64,000 nucleotides of DNA from Setoptus koraiensis (Eukaryota; Animalia; Arthropoda). The notes under the pieces were generated by a model, which was not told where the DNA came from, ran no database searches, and saw nothing but the letters and a program-made list of their open reading frames with translations. Shown here in pieces: positions 49,596 to 61,159 of this stretch (its first letter is position 1; each line of letters opens with the position of its first letter). The DNA lies in NCBI GenBank assembly GCA_048013815.1, contig CM106585.1:14012001-14076000 (forward strand). Direction: 5' to 3'. Both the position numbers and the translations under genes were made by a program.

Positions 49596-50751
49596 ATGGT
49601 GGGAGACAGACCGCCAGTAACTGCGAATTTAGTTTTGCCAATACTTATCAAGCCAGCCTTGAGGAAGGTGAGTTGGAAAATATTGTTATATATCACAAAC
49701 TATAGAGATTGCGCACCGTCAATGTTGTTTCAGACAATAATCTAGACGATTATGTTCAACTTATTTGCATCATTCAGGTTGAAAAATGTTCTATGCCGGC
49801 TGCATTAAGCCTCAAGATGGCCCTACTAAAGGTAACTTTGATCAGGCAATATTATTAATCAATATTAATTCTGTTGCAGCGATTTCCAAGTTCGTTTCCA
49901 ATAACACCAACATGCAATTCTTTCATTTATTTACAGGCTGAATCATCTCACCCGGGACTGATATTGGAAATTGTAACCATACTAGCTAGAAGAGTGGATC
50001 CTAGTATAAACATGACTGAGTCATTGCTCAGGCTTCAAGGAATAGTTCCTGAATCTGAAGGTACCGTACAAGTTTATTGAAACCTCAAATGTCTTATTTA
50101 TCTTTACACAATTGACTAATCTCAAAAATATATCAAACTGTCATGCCACAGAATATAAATCCCGACGTTCTGAAGAGCTTTATTTAGATCTTAATAGGAA
50201 GTCAAGCACGCTCAAGAAGATACTGAGCAGAGTGCCTGATGAGATCAATGATCGAAAAACTTTCCTAGAAACCATCAAGTAAGATATTACCTTTATATAC
50301 ACAGACTTGTCCCATGAACTAACTAATGTTACTCGACTTTTTCTAACAAACTACTACTCTCTTGTGTGATTTTCACTCTCCTCAAACAGAGAGATTGCCA
50401 GCGCCATTAAAAAACTATTAGATTGTGTCACCGAAATATCAAACCAGACCCAATCTCAAAGTAGCAGGCAGGCACTCGAAGATAGGAAACGTGATTTTAT
50501 CAAATATTCCAAGAAATTCAGTAATACACTGAAAGAATTCTTCAAAGAGGGCCAGTAAGTAAAAAAGAGAGTTAGAAAATAATTTCTTAACCTTCAGTTT
50601 TTCACACTGATTGACACACACAAATTAATTTCATTCTTTGAATTCTAGGGCCCAATCGGTTTTCATCAGTGCGGCTCACTTGGTCAATCAAACTTATGCC
50701 ATCCAGTTAACAGTCAAAAGTCGGTGTGATAATGCAAACACCTCCTCATAA
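49596..50751 (+). CDS. PDCD10: Programmed cell death protein 10 (CCM3); six exons 49596-49667, 49778-49831, 49937-50060, 50152-50278, 50390-50554, 50649-50751
   Basis: Spliced product has [44 protein letters not shown] and DFIKYSKKFSNTLKEFFKEG..SVFISAAHLVNQT. All five introns are GT-AG (91-111 nt) with consistent phases. Confidence 0.96.
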
Positions 50752-51574
50752 ATATGCACGCCTATTGTCTGGATATGATAATTTTTCGAGATTCCAAAGT
50801 GAACACCACATATGCAATGAGACACTCGACCAATACTTGTTCAGGGGGGGGGGGGGTAACTGTCCTGGATCACTCATCCAACCCTATCTTCCGACATCGA
50901 CCCAGCTTCGAAGCGGGAGAAACAGTGCTCCGAGTTATTTCTAAGCAAGACAGTCTGCCCTCAACTCTCTTCTTTCGATGTGCCATACTGAGTGTAATAT
51001 ATCGTAAGTCATGATGCCTGAGACTCTCATATAAATACTCTTGGTAGATGGTTCTCCGGTGACCGGCAAAAAAAAAATGAATTCTTCAGCTGGAATTGTC
51101 GGAATCGATTTCGAACGATTTAGAAAAGTTTTATTTTTGTTACTTACAGCTAAGTTACGTGGTTCGATATACTCTTTGCATTGCTGTGAGGCTATGTTAC
51201 GTCGCTGTTGTTGTTGTTTGAGGCGCCCAACTTGCTCTATTTGATCAAATCGAAACCTAAAAATAGATTTTCTCGTTTTTTTTCTGTCGGGACTTGAAAA
51301 TCAACTGAACGGCCATGTTCATTTGTTTAGTACATGATCTTTATAGATATATTGATTTCGGCTACTTTTTCACAATCTACTGATTCTGAATAATAATACT
51401 TTTCAACAAATTCAATTTACTTATTGGAAAGACCAGCGAAATTCTATCAATAACTCTTATTGCATAGGTTCACCTCAGTCCAGTATATATTGATACTTTT
51501 TGAATTGGAAGATAATCGTGCCCAAGGTCGAAAGTTTGTGAGTTTGATTTATGCTAACAACATGTGGATAAACA

Positions 51575-54500
51575 ATGAGAATTAGTGCGATAATGGCACC
51601 CGAGAGGAGACTAATATCATCACACTCCAGGCAGCACTATCATTCGGTTGAACATTTACTAAGATTGTTCACAGTTAAGAATCTATTGCTACCATTACTT
51701 ATACTACTGTTATTATCACCTGTACTAGCGAAACGATGGCCATCAGTGAAGCAACATTTCTCCAATTTGATGGGCTCGGCCCGGCCTGCCAGGTTTCCTT
51801 TAGCCCATGGTCGCATGCCATACACATCTCCTCTGAACTCCATAGCCCCTTTAGCTCCTCTAGCTCCAACTGCTCTAATTCCACCCGTCAGTCCAATAAG
51901 ATCAACAAGTTCAATGACTCCAATGACTCCAATGACTCCAATGACTCCAATGATTCCAATGGCTCCGACTGCTCCGAGAGCACCGACTGCTCCGAGAGCA
52001 CCGACTGCTCCGATAGCTCCGCTGGCCCCGCTGGCCCCGATGGCCCCGATGGCTCCGATGACGCCTATGGCGCGTAGGTTGAGTTCGGTATCCCCACCAA
52101 GTCCAATGGCCACAACTAGACTAAGGCCCGGACTACGCCGTCAGAATTATCCACAGCGAACATACGGACACAAAATTCCCACTGGTGGTGTCGTGGATCG
52201 AATCCGAAATTTCACAAAAGAAAGAGCACCATTTCAAAATATATCTCGAGTTCACAATGGACTACCGCCAAGAAGTTTGCCTCGTCACGGCAAAGTAGCC
52301 AGGAAGCTGGGTAACTTGGGTTCTTCAATATTGAACAACTTTAAGAATCGCCGTGTGGACACTTCGCCGCGAATAACTCCGAACGCACCAATTATGCAAA
52401 CGACTGTAACAACGGCGAGCCCAGCTTTCAACAAGCCCGCAGAAATGAACTATCCAGCTCTGGGCCACTCGCAATCCTCTTCGTATTCGCATTCGTCCTC
52501 GTCGTTCGTAGAGCACGACCCCTCAAAAGGAGCTCCCAAGTATTATCAAGAGGCTCACACTTTCACAAATAACAATGGTCAAGTTGAGCAACAGCACTAT
52601 CAAAACTATGGTCCTCCTAAAGGAGTGACCCTCGGACTGTCAGCAGGAACAAATGAAGGAATGGCATCCAGGGCTGTGGCATCCGTTCGGCCAATGCGAG
52701 CGGGTAACAACAGAATTCGATCGAGGCCCAACAATATTCAAAGTACAAGAGATATGCCTGCGATGCCAAGGAATGCCAACGCTCGTTATCCCTTGAGCAG
52801 GCAATCGAGCGGTATTCGTCGAGTTTCTCATGGTGTCAATGGTCGGCTGAAATCATTATTGAGGCCCAGTGCAAGTCGGTCAGTTTCATCTAATGCAGGC
52901 ATTGCGCATCAAAGCCGGTTTGGCCCGCCAAGAGGCTCGCCTTATGTAAGGAGGTCACGAGCGATGCCAGGAAATGTTGAGATGAGAGGCAAAACTCCTT
53001 GGCGAGCGGCACTAACTAATGTGGGCCGCAGAATGGGCGATCGCAATCCAATAAAAGCTCGTACAAACATGATAAGAAACAGATTGATGCCTCACAATAG
53101 TCGGCCCACTGTTGCGCGACCTGTGCCGTCGCAACAAGCCAGAACTGCAAAAATGAGACCAATGTCATTGTCTAGCCGTTCGAGAGCTCCAATCAGCAGT
53201 AAACTACCTCTAAACACAAGTTGGTTCAAAGAAAGAATACGCAGACCGATGGCAAGCAGAGTTCGATCGCCTCGTTATCTAGCTCGACAAATGCCAAACA
53301 AACAAAACAATGGTATAGCAAGGAACATTGTCAACAGAAGCCCGCCGAGCCGCTTGCCACTTCCTCGCCGGTCATTGAGCATGTATAAACGAGGCCAATC
53401 AGATTATGGTCGGGCTGCTATGCCACAGCAGCAAGAGAGAACTGCACGGCTACCGCCTCCACGACTAGCCTATCGTGCTAAATCTCTACTCAACCGGCGC
53501 CCCGAACAGAACTCGCTGAGTAGCGTCCCTGTGCGAATACCTAGCTACAAAAGTCGGCTTCCAATGAGAATGCAGAGTTTGCGAAACACCAAGCCCCAGA
53601 ATACATTGAATAGTGAGGCCTTGCCCAATGTGGCCAACAAAAGAAGAATGATGAAAAGTAGTCGCCAGACCCCAATTGTGGCTGGACCGTTGAACCCGGA
53701 GCAATCAACAACAAGTGAATTATCCCCTGATGGCTCAGATTCGCAACAAGAACCAAACACCTCAGCACAGGTCAATGTTATCGATTCTTCGCACAACGAA
53801 GGCCCTGACCACCACGAACATTGGAGCTCAGAGGAACGAATTGTCACGCCAACGGGCCATGAGTCGACATCGTCTAGTTTTACATCGACTCGGATCACTA
53901 GACCGTCAGCACAACCACAATTATCTGCACCGCTTGCCAATGCTGCGGCGCATACTGAAATGCAGCCGTCGCCTCATCGCATCAAATCAGCCCCGGAATT
54001 GATAACGTCAAACCTAGCAGCAAGTGCCGGGGATTCGCGTCAAGACGGCGATAGCTCCAAGGAGGAACAAGTTCCACCAGTGTCCATTGGCAATGCAGGT
54101 GGGGCCCTCGGCAATGATGATTCTGCACCGAACAGCAACAGTGCCGAACAGCCAAAAGCACTTACTGAGGGTCTGAAGGATCTCAAACCCTTGGATTCAA
54201 TTAAGCAACGTCAGCCATCAGTGCCTTCGATGCCCCCTCTGCGAGTGCCCACAGTTCCTGATGTGAGTCAGCTGATCAGGGCACCTTCGACCCAGGGTCA
54301 GAATGAAGAGCTTGCAGAGCAAGAAGAATGGGACGATGATGACGACGACGACGACGAAGATGACGACGATGAAGACGACGACGACGACGACGATGATGAT
54401 GAAGACGACGATGACGACGATGACGATGAAGATGGTGGCGAGAAGGGAAAGTTTGAAGAAAATGCTGAGGACAATGCTAAAAGTAATCATATAATCCCCA

Positions 54501-55024
54501 AAATTCATGGTACCCTCAATAAAGTTCTGCATCATCCCAACATGAAGCATCCTGGTACCAGTACGCAAGTGACACCCAATGTCCTGCCGGAGAATCCGTC
54601 ATTATTGGGGGCCAATGGTAACAAAATTGCAGCTGCTCCCGTGGTACCCAGCAACCCGGTAATGCAAATAGATGGTAATGAGCGGCAGCAAGGTCATGAG
54701 AGAGGGGGCCAACAGAGCGGCAATTCGCTCGTCGGAGGCCCGGTTAATTTCGATAGAGCTGGAGCAAACGAACCACCTGGCGCGAATGCCTTAGATAAAC
54801 TACCAGAGAGTATGCATGCTCAGCAGGTTGCAGCAGAAAGTGATCATCATGACGACCAGGGTGATGGCGACGACAACGAGGACGACGATGATGACGACAA
54901 CGACGACGACAACGACGAGGACTATGACGAACACGATGACAAAGATAATGATGACGACGATGATGATGACGACGACGAAGATGGCAAGACCAATGAGGAG
55001 GACGGGGATAAAATAAATGTCTGA
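51575..55024 (+). CDS. Large low-complexity, probably secreted protein (1149 aa): Pro-X-X repeats, Arg-rich basic half, Asp-rich acidic C-terminus
   Basis: Uninterrupted 3.45-kb ORF. Hydrophobic LLLPLLILLLLSPVLA|KR, (MTP)n/(APX)n repeats and two poly-Asp tracts at about 54332-54433 and 54851-54982. Confidence 0.85.
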   Translation: MRISAIMAPERRLISSHSRQHYHSVEHLLRLFTVKNLLLPLLILLLLSPVLAKRWPSVKQHFSNLMGSARPARFPLAHGRMPYTSPLNSIAPLAPLAPTALIPPVSPIRSTSSMTPMTPMTPMTPMIPMAPTAPRAPTAPRAPTAPIAPLAPLAPMAPMAPMTPMARRLSSVSPPSPMATTRLRPGLRRQNYPQRTYGHKIPTGGVVDRIRNFTKERAPFQNISRVHNGLPPRSLPRHGKVARKLGNLGSSILNNFKNRRVDTSPRITPNAPIMQTTVTTASPAFNKPAEMNYPALGHSQSSSYSHSSSSFVEHDPSKGAPKYYQEAHTFTNNNGQVEQQHYQNYGPPKGVTLGLSAGTNEGMASRAVASVRPMRAGNNRIRSRPNNIQSTRDMPAMPRNANARYPLSRQSSGIRRVSHGVNGRLKSLLRPSASRSVSSNAGIAHQSRFGPPRGSPYVRRSRAMPGNVEMRGKTPWRAALTNVGRRMGDRNPIKARTNMIRNRLMPHNSRPTVARPVPSQQARTAKMRPMSLSSRSRAPISSKLPLNTSWFKERIRRPMASRVRSPRYLARQMPNKQNNGIARNIVNRSPPSRLPLPRRSLSMYKRGQSDYGRAAMPQQQERTARLPPPRLAYRAKSLLNRRPEQNSLSSVPVRIPSYKSRLPMRMQSLRNTKPQNTLNSEALPNVANKRRMMKSSRQTPIVAGPLNPEQSTTSELSPDGSDSQQEPNTSAQVNVIDSSHNEGPDHHEHWSSEERIVTPTGHESTSSSFTSTRITRPSAQPQLSAPLANAAAHTEMQPSPHRIKSAPELITSNLAASAGDSRQDGDSSKEEQVPPVSIGNAGGALGNDDSAPNSNSAEQPKALTEGLKDLKPLDSIKQRQPSVPSMPPLRVPTVPDVSQLIRAPSTQGQNEELAEQEEWDDDDDDDDEDDDDEDDDDDDDDDEDDDDDDDDEDGGEKGKFEENAEDNAKSNHIIPKIHGTLNKVLHHPNMKHPGTSTQVTPNVLPENPSLLGANGNKIAAAPVVPSNPVMQIDGNERQQGHERGGQQSGNSLVGGPVNFDRAGANEPPGANALDKLPESMHAQQVAAESDHHDDQGDGDDNEDDDDDDNDDDNDEDYDEHDDKDNDDDDDDDDDEDGKTNEEDGDKINV

Positions 55025-57212
55025 AGTCGATCGTAATCAGCAAGCAAACATTGGATTATACGATTGAAAATTTTTATTTAAAATCACTCAAGTTGGAAAC
55101 TTTTAACAAGTGTATATGATGTGCAATGGACTGTGTTAGACCGACTTCCGATCGAGGCTCATAATAAACGTATTAATTATTAGGATTTTCGACGACTAAT
55201 TGGGCTCGCTTGCTAGCGCGGGCCAGCCTTGTGAGCCGGTTATAGTTGTAACAAGGCACTCTACTAGGGGCCCCTCGATAATCCAGTGTTGAAGAACTTG
55301 TTGTCGAGACAGGATTATAGTCTGTTTATCGCGATGACAAAAATGTTTGCACATGTGAAATTTATCTGTACCTTCACCGAACACACACTGTATTAATAAA
55401 GATTGCAGCTAATTATTTGTCATTCGTTGCAAAAAACAATAGTCACATGCCCGCTAATGAAATAATAATCGATGAGATTGCGACCGGAATAACCTGCAAT
55501 CAATTTGGACGCCATATAGTTGGACATAAACCTACTTTCGAACAATAGAAATTAGACTCTAGTCTAGAGACTCTAATCATTAGAGATTTATTGTGTAGAT
55601 GCGACAGACAGCAAGTTTTGTTGCGATCTGGATTTGACTAAATCCAACTGATCCCAACTGATGTTCGACCATCAATTATAAGGCAATTATTGTAACACTG
55701 ACACATCTGATCGCATTTTCAATATTCGGATTCCAGTTTCTCGATTAAGGGAGCGATAGTATTTAAACTAACTGTTCTACTCTCTGGTACCATTAGTCAC
55801 TAACTGACCTAAGCAACAAGTGTGTTCAATTTTGAAGATACAAGTGTTTGTCATTTACTGAAAGATATAACTCGCAAGGCGCAAAACCATCCAGGAGGTG
55901 GAGGAAGTACAGGAATGGTATCTGGTGCAGGAACTGAGAGACCCCAACCAAGTGTAGCACCCCGTCTCTAATCTCTCAGCGGTGGACCAATGGTAGGTAA
56001 TTCCAGGCCATCTGATTGATGCATTGTTTGCTGCAGTGAAAAGAGATCTTCAAAACGGAGCAAACATCAGATATTAATGATGAAGCCAGCCTTCAGATTG
56101 GCCCGGTGAATACGAAACAAACGACACAACTATGTTCTAGCAGAATCAAAATGTAAAATTGACAATGAACGATGGCGAGCTTGAGATCAAATTATATGTT
56201 GTTGAAAACGAATCATAAAATGAAAATCTTGCTTCCACAGTGTATTCTCGATTGTTAACTGCTGGCATATGATGGGCCCTATGTAGATTGAGTGTGGTGC
56301 TTTAGTTTATCGTTGAAGAATATTTGTTTCTAATTTCTAAGTTTTTTTTTGTCTATTTTTCTTTCCGTTCACTGGTCTCGCCTTCTCGTTCGTTTACCTG
56401 ATAAGCTCCCTATGCTGCAGCGCTGCAACGGATAGTCGGTTGCAAACGGGCTCTATACGGATAAACCGCTGAACATGATGAATTTCCAACACAAATCCCT
56501 AACACACAATCAGCAACTTGCTGTGATCGATCTCAGGCCAACTGAGTCATCGGCGATGAATGAGACAATCTCAGACAGAGAGGTCTAGAGAAAGATCGAG
56601 AAACCAGAAGGAAATACAACCCGACGATCTAGGGATCGACAGTCTTTCTTTGGCCGACCGACCGACCTTTGGAGGAGTCTTGTTTATGGTATAGTCCAAT
56701 CTGACTCAGTTTTAAATTGAGTCTAAGAGAGTAATTGTCACACATCATTATAAAGTATATAATTAAACACATTGATATTCATATTCATTAAAGTATAAAG
56801 CGAAAGTATTTCAAAACAAACCAATATTGTATAACAAACCAATACTCACGAGTAATAGTATGTTATAAGCTCCAATCAAAGCAATTCTAGTTGTAGTTAT
56901 CGTATATGTTTTCTCGGTCCTATACCAAGCTGATGGGGACCCCAGCAATACGATAAGAAAGCTCATAAACAGTGTTATAGCATCACTCTACGAGTAACCA
57001 ACGCTTACACTGTAGGTATTCTATCATGCTTTATGATATATACCGTGCTATATGGATCTTTGAATACATCTCCTACTCTGGTCGATTGATGGAAAACTCT
57101 ATGTTGGGTTAATACCAGGGTTATATCATCGATATCGTTATCAGGTATTAGTCTAGCTGCTTGTGAATATATTCGGGACACGTCATCATACGGTTTTGAA
57201 TATCCTGCAACC

Positions 57213-57387
57213 CGATGAATTATCGTTGGCTGGCTGCTTCTTATCTAACTGGCTCATCTGAATTTTTGTCGCCTTTACATTGTGTGCAAACTTTATTTGA
57301 TTAAACAACTACCCATACATCACATTGACGTTTTGTGTTCTCGAATGGTCTCGAACTGACTGGACAACACTGCACAATGGCTCGTAT
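57213..57387. repeat. 175-bp dispersed direct repeat, copy 1
   Basis: cgatgaattatcgttggc...caatggctcgtat is nearly identical to 59053-59228, with a few substitutions and one small indel. Confidence 0.95.
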
Positions 57388-57472
57388 AGCTAGCGTCAGG
57401 ATGCGCGACCGCACTCACACGACCACTCCCAAGAAGACTCACCGCAAGACGCAGCAATAGCAAGACTTTCAT
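57320..57472 (-). CDS. Possible small ORF (50 aa) with hydrophobic N-terminus MKVLLLLRLAVSLLG
   Basis: Signal-like start. It contains GTGAGT donor-like sites and its 3' part lies within the duplicated segment, so coding status is doubtful. Confidence 0.25.
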   Translation of the reverse strand: MKVLLLLRLAVSLLGSGRVSAVAHPDASYTSHCAVLSSQFETIREHKTSM

Positions 57473-57697
57473 TATATGACTCGTTTTCTTACTCTTTATT
57501 GACAATTCAACAACCACTTAACACAATCGAATTTGCCTCCGGTAGCCAACTCGCTCTCATTTATTTCCGATCTTCCATTCTGATTCTCTTAAACATTGTT
57601 GATTTGTTTGTTTCACAATGACCAGGCCAAATATAATTGTGGTTCCATCATACAGATTTTTTACGGCTGATAAGAACCATCTCGGTTGAATGATGAA

Positions 57698-57886
57698 TCA
57701 TTTGCGTCCCGATGCTAATTCTTCTACGCCAGCTCCATTCGCTCCATCCATAAGAGTGTCGAGAAGATTTTGAAAATTGACTAACTGATCCTCACTCTGC
57801 CCGAAGCATGGTTGTATTATGCCCGGTATTGCTACCATGAGCAAAGCGAACAGGCAAAGGCACAAAACAAAAGAATTATTCATCAT
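57698..57886 (-). CDS. Small putative secreted peptide (62 aa)
   Basis: MMNNSFVLCLCLFALLMVAIPGIIQPCFG is signal-like, followed by an acidic segment ending SGRK*. A ctaacAG acceptor sits just upstream of the ATG and AATAAA is downstream. Confidence 0.55.
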   Translation of the reverse strand: MMNNSFVLCLCLFALLMVAIPGIIQPCFGQSEDQLVNFQNLLDTLMDGANGAGVEELASGRK

Positions 57887-59052
57887 GTTCTGTTAGTTGG
57901 GTAGTTTTGCGTCTTGCGAGCTATATTATTCAAAAAATGGCAACTGTTTATTTATTTGAAACTGATTACACTTGTTCTGTAAGTTATTGACTTGTGATGT
58001 CAGAGAGTGAAACAGAGAGTTTAAATACTATCTCCCTCAATCGAGAAATTGGAATACAAATAGTGAAAATGCGATGAGATGTGTCACACTGATTGACTTA
58101 CAATTACATGCCATCGCTAGCCGGCGCATTTGTCGGGATTGAGTCAAATCTCGATCTCAGCGAAACCTGAGCACGCAATAAATCTCTAATCCCCATTTCT
58201 AGTGTTCGAAAATGGCTTTGTGTCCAATTATATGGCGCACAGATTAAAGATTGCAGGTTTCACTGGTCGCAATCTAATAGATTATTAATTCATTAGCGAT
58301 CATGTGACTATTGTTTTTTGCAACGAGTGCTGCACTCGGCTGAAGCATGAATGACACGACGAAGCTCATGTAATTGCATTCGGGCCGGCGGTGCACACTC
58401 AAATAAATGACAGAATCTGGTGGGAGCTGGCCGTTGTCAAAGCCTCATTCCGATGGCAGGATCCGGTTTGGATTTGCTTACCATACTTTAATGGAGAATA
58501 AATAAACACATCTAGGCGTCCTAGCATGCATGAAGAAAAAAATTGTGAAGGAATCGTTACTTGTCATCGGAAACAAACATTAACAATTTATTGCCCTACG
58601 CACTGATTATCCACAGAAAATTCCAGCTCACTTTCAACTCCAGACCAAGAGTGGAAAAGAGCACTAAACAGTGAGATTAATCAATTAATGATTTCCCATT
58701 TATTGCTATGGCATGCTCCAAACAAGCGCTCACCAACCGTGTGAGCCGGGTATAGTTGTAGCTCGACACTATACTATACGATAATCGACTGTCTGAGGAT
58801 TTGTCGTCGCCATTGTCCAAAAATCATTATTGGCGTTATTTTGCGCGTTAACGGTTATTAATTGTAGCGCGACAAGTGTAGTCGCAATCGCAGAAGCCAT
58901 CATTTGTTTGGTGGCTCATTCCTGTCTGGCCCCATTCTCATGCTCGTTGGAACTTATCACCTATCAGCATTTATGACATCCATGGAGCAGTGTTAGTTAT
59001 GGTGCAGAGTGGAGTGTTCACTAATGGTTCACGGCCGCAAGTGTCAACTGGA

Positions 59053-59228
59053 CGATGAATTATCGTTGGCTGGCTGCCTCTTATCTAACTGGCTTATCTA
59101 AATTTTTGTCGCCTTTCATATTGTGTGCAAACTTTATTTGATTAAACAACTACCCATACATCACATTGACGTTTTGTGTTCTCGAATGGTCTCGAACTGA
59201 CTGGACAACACTGCACAATGGCTCGTAT
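59053..59228. repeat. 175-bp dispersed direct repeat, copy 2
   Basis: Same sequence and orientation as 57213-57387, about 1.84 kb downstream. Confidence 0.95.
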
Positions 59229-61091
59229 GTGAAAGAGGCTTGACGGGGACAGAATTGCACCATAATATCTGTGGTAAAAGTGTCGCACGGTGAACAGTGT
59301 CAGACGCTTTGTTTGTCGCACGTCGGGGCCCCTTCGCACATTGCTCACCTGTTTTGTTGCCACTACACGGCTTACTTGCCTGCTCGTGGCTGAGGTATTT
59401 GGCTTGATAACTAGGCCTGTCGGAGCTGGCGCCTCACGTGATGGGTGTATAAGTGTCCAGCTAACGGCAACGTTGACACGTTTGGTACATGGTTGCGTAG
59501 TATTGTGGTCACTGTCACTGCGGCCAGCATCACCGCCATTATCATCATATATCAAGTGTGTGTAATTTGCATATTTTCTCTCTGTTGCTCGCTTGCTATC
59601 TCTCATATCGGCCCAGTCAGTCACTCACTCGCTTAATGGAATGTTATTTTGCAGTTCCGGCGAGCCTACAGTCAGCAACTAACACGAAGTGACCAGGAAC
59701 TTGTTAAGTTTGTTTTTGCTTGCAACACACTGTGGTGGTTTGTTGGTGTTGACCAGCGCAGACCAGAGCGGCTGGGGGGCCCACCATCAATCATATATCA
59801 GCGTGTGCACTTAAATTTCTTTTTAGCGAGCCAGCCAGCTTGATGCATTTTAGAAGAAATCAATGTCGCAAGTGGACAGCCCAGAGTTCATCTCTCATGG
59901 CGGTGGAAAGGGCGAGCGCCGAGGTAACGACACTTTTGCTCCCCAGTTGTCGGGTGAAACCTCCGAGGGAGCGAGAGAGAGAGAGAGAGAGAGAGAGTGA
60001 GACCCCAGCCAATGGGCTATAAGTGATGGGTGATAGTTGAGTGATAGGATGATGAGCTGAAACTAAATGGAGCATGATCCATCCCATCAGTAAATAGATT
60101 AGAGGCTCGAGTGGAAAATCTGGGGTCTGGGGGCGCATTGTTCTTTCGCTTGCACTGGCAATGGCGCACAAAACTGGTTTTGCCACTCCATCATTCGCAA
60201 CAGCGAAACTTCAATCACATTCCAGCCAGCGAGAGCCTGCCTGAAACGGCTCCCTTTTGAGGCCTCAGCAGTTGAGGCCAGACTGCTGGCCAGACTGTCG
60301 TGCGAGGCGCTCAATTCGGTTCGTGCCAAATCGAGTGCCGGCGCCGACGAAATAAAACAGAACCCACCAAACAGAACTAACGAAATGCGAGCGCGAAAAG
60401 AATTGCTGAAATTGGGACCCCCGAGCCCCCATTGGCCAGGGCCTGTATCGGTGTTGCTTGCGCACATGAGCCAACAGTGCCAACACGGCCAATGGGTTGC
60501 CAATCTCTTACATCATGTGTCATTTGGATTAGCGGCGGATTGGCGACGCAGCGAATATGTCGATCTAGTCGTCTATTATTGAAAACAACAACATCAACAA
60601 CAAAGTAACACGACCAATGATGACGTTGTAACAAAACGTCGCAACACTGACTGGCACTGCAAATTAGAGAATGCTTGTGTAGAGGTCATCAATCGATTCA
60701 ATTGTTTCTCGCACGCGGGGCCCGCCGCGTGCAAAGAGATGGCTGCAAAAGGGGCCCAAGTTCCATCCCAAGTGCCATCACGATGGGTAAGATCGCACAG
60801 TATGTATGTTACATAGAGCGATCTTACGCAATGATTTGTGCCTATGATATGTGTCGTGTGCGCGCCCTCATTTTATTCAAATTGAGGCCCCAATCAAGCC
60901 AGCCAATAAAATTTTGCGAATCGAACGCTCACACTGCGGCCGCTCTGGCCTTCAAGGAGCCTCTTTGGTGATATTTGAAACTGGCGCTACTCAAGGGGGC
61001 CTTGGGGCCCCACAGTGTTTGCGCCGAGTCGCTAGGTGCCGCTGCCTGAAGTGAAGCAGGTGAGGTTTGCACCAAATACAAAGTCTCTTTC

Positions 61092-61159
61092 ATAATATTT
61101 ATAAATATTATATATTAATATATAATATTTATAAATATTATATATTAATATATAATATT
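61092..61159. repeat. Pure A/T 30-bp tandem repeat containing the palindrome AATATTTATAAATATT
   Basis: 2.3 perfect copies of ataatatttataaatattatatattaatat. Confidence 0.9.

Noticed and set aside
50760-51320. Possible small spliced minus-strand gene (FRFDQIEQVGRLK...EEFIFFFAGHRRTIYQEY...)
   Set aside because: Requires introns of about 36-69 nt, shorter than every supported intron here; no start exon or homology recognised.
51640-52113. Antisense ORF with collagen- or silk-like Gly-X-Y repeats (GAIGASGAVGAL...)
   Set aside because: Direct shadow of Pro-every-third-residue codons in the sense ORF; no independent evidence of coding.
55860-56220. Plus-strand exon-like pieces with AG/GT boundaries
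   Set aside because: The best-looking frame begins with a stop right after the acceptor, and phases do not chain into a protein.
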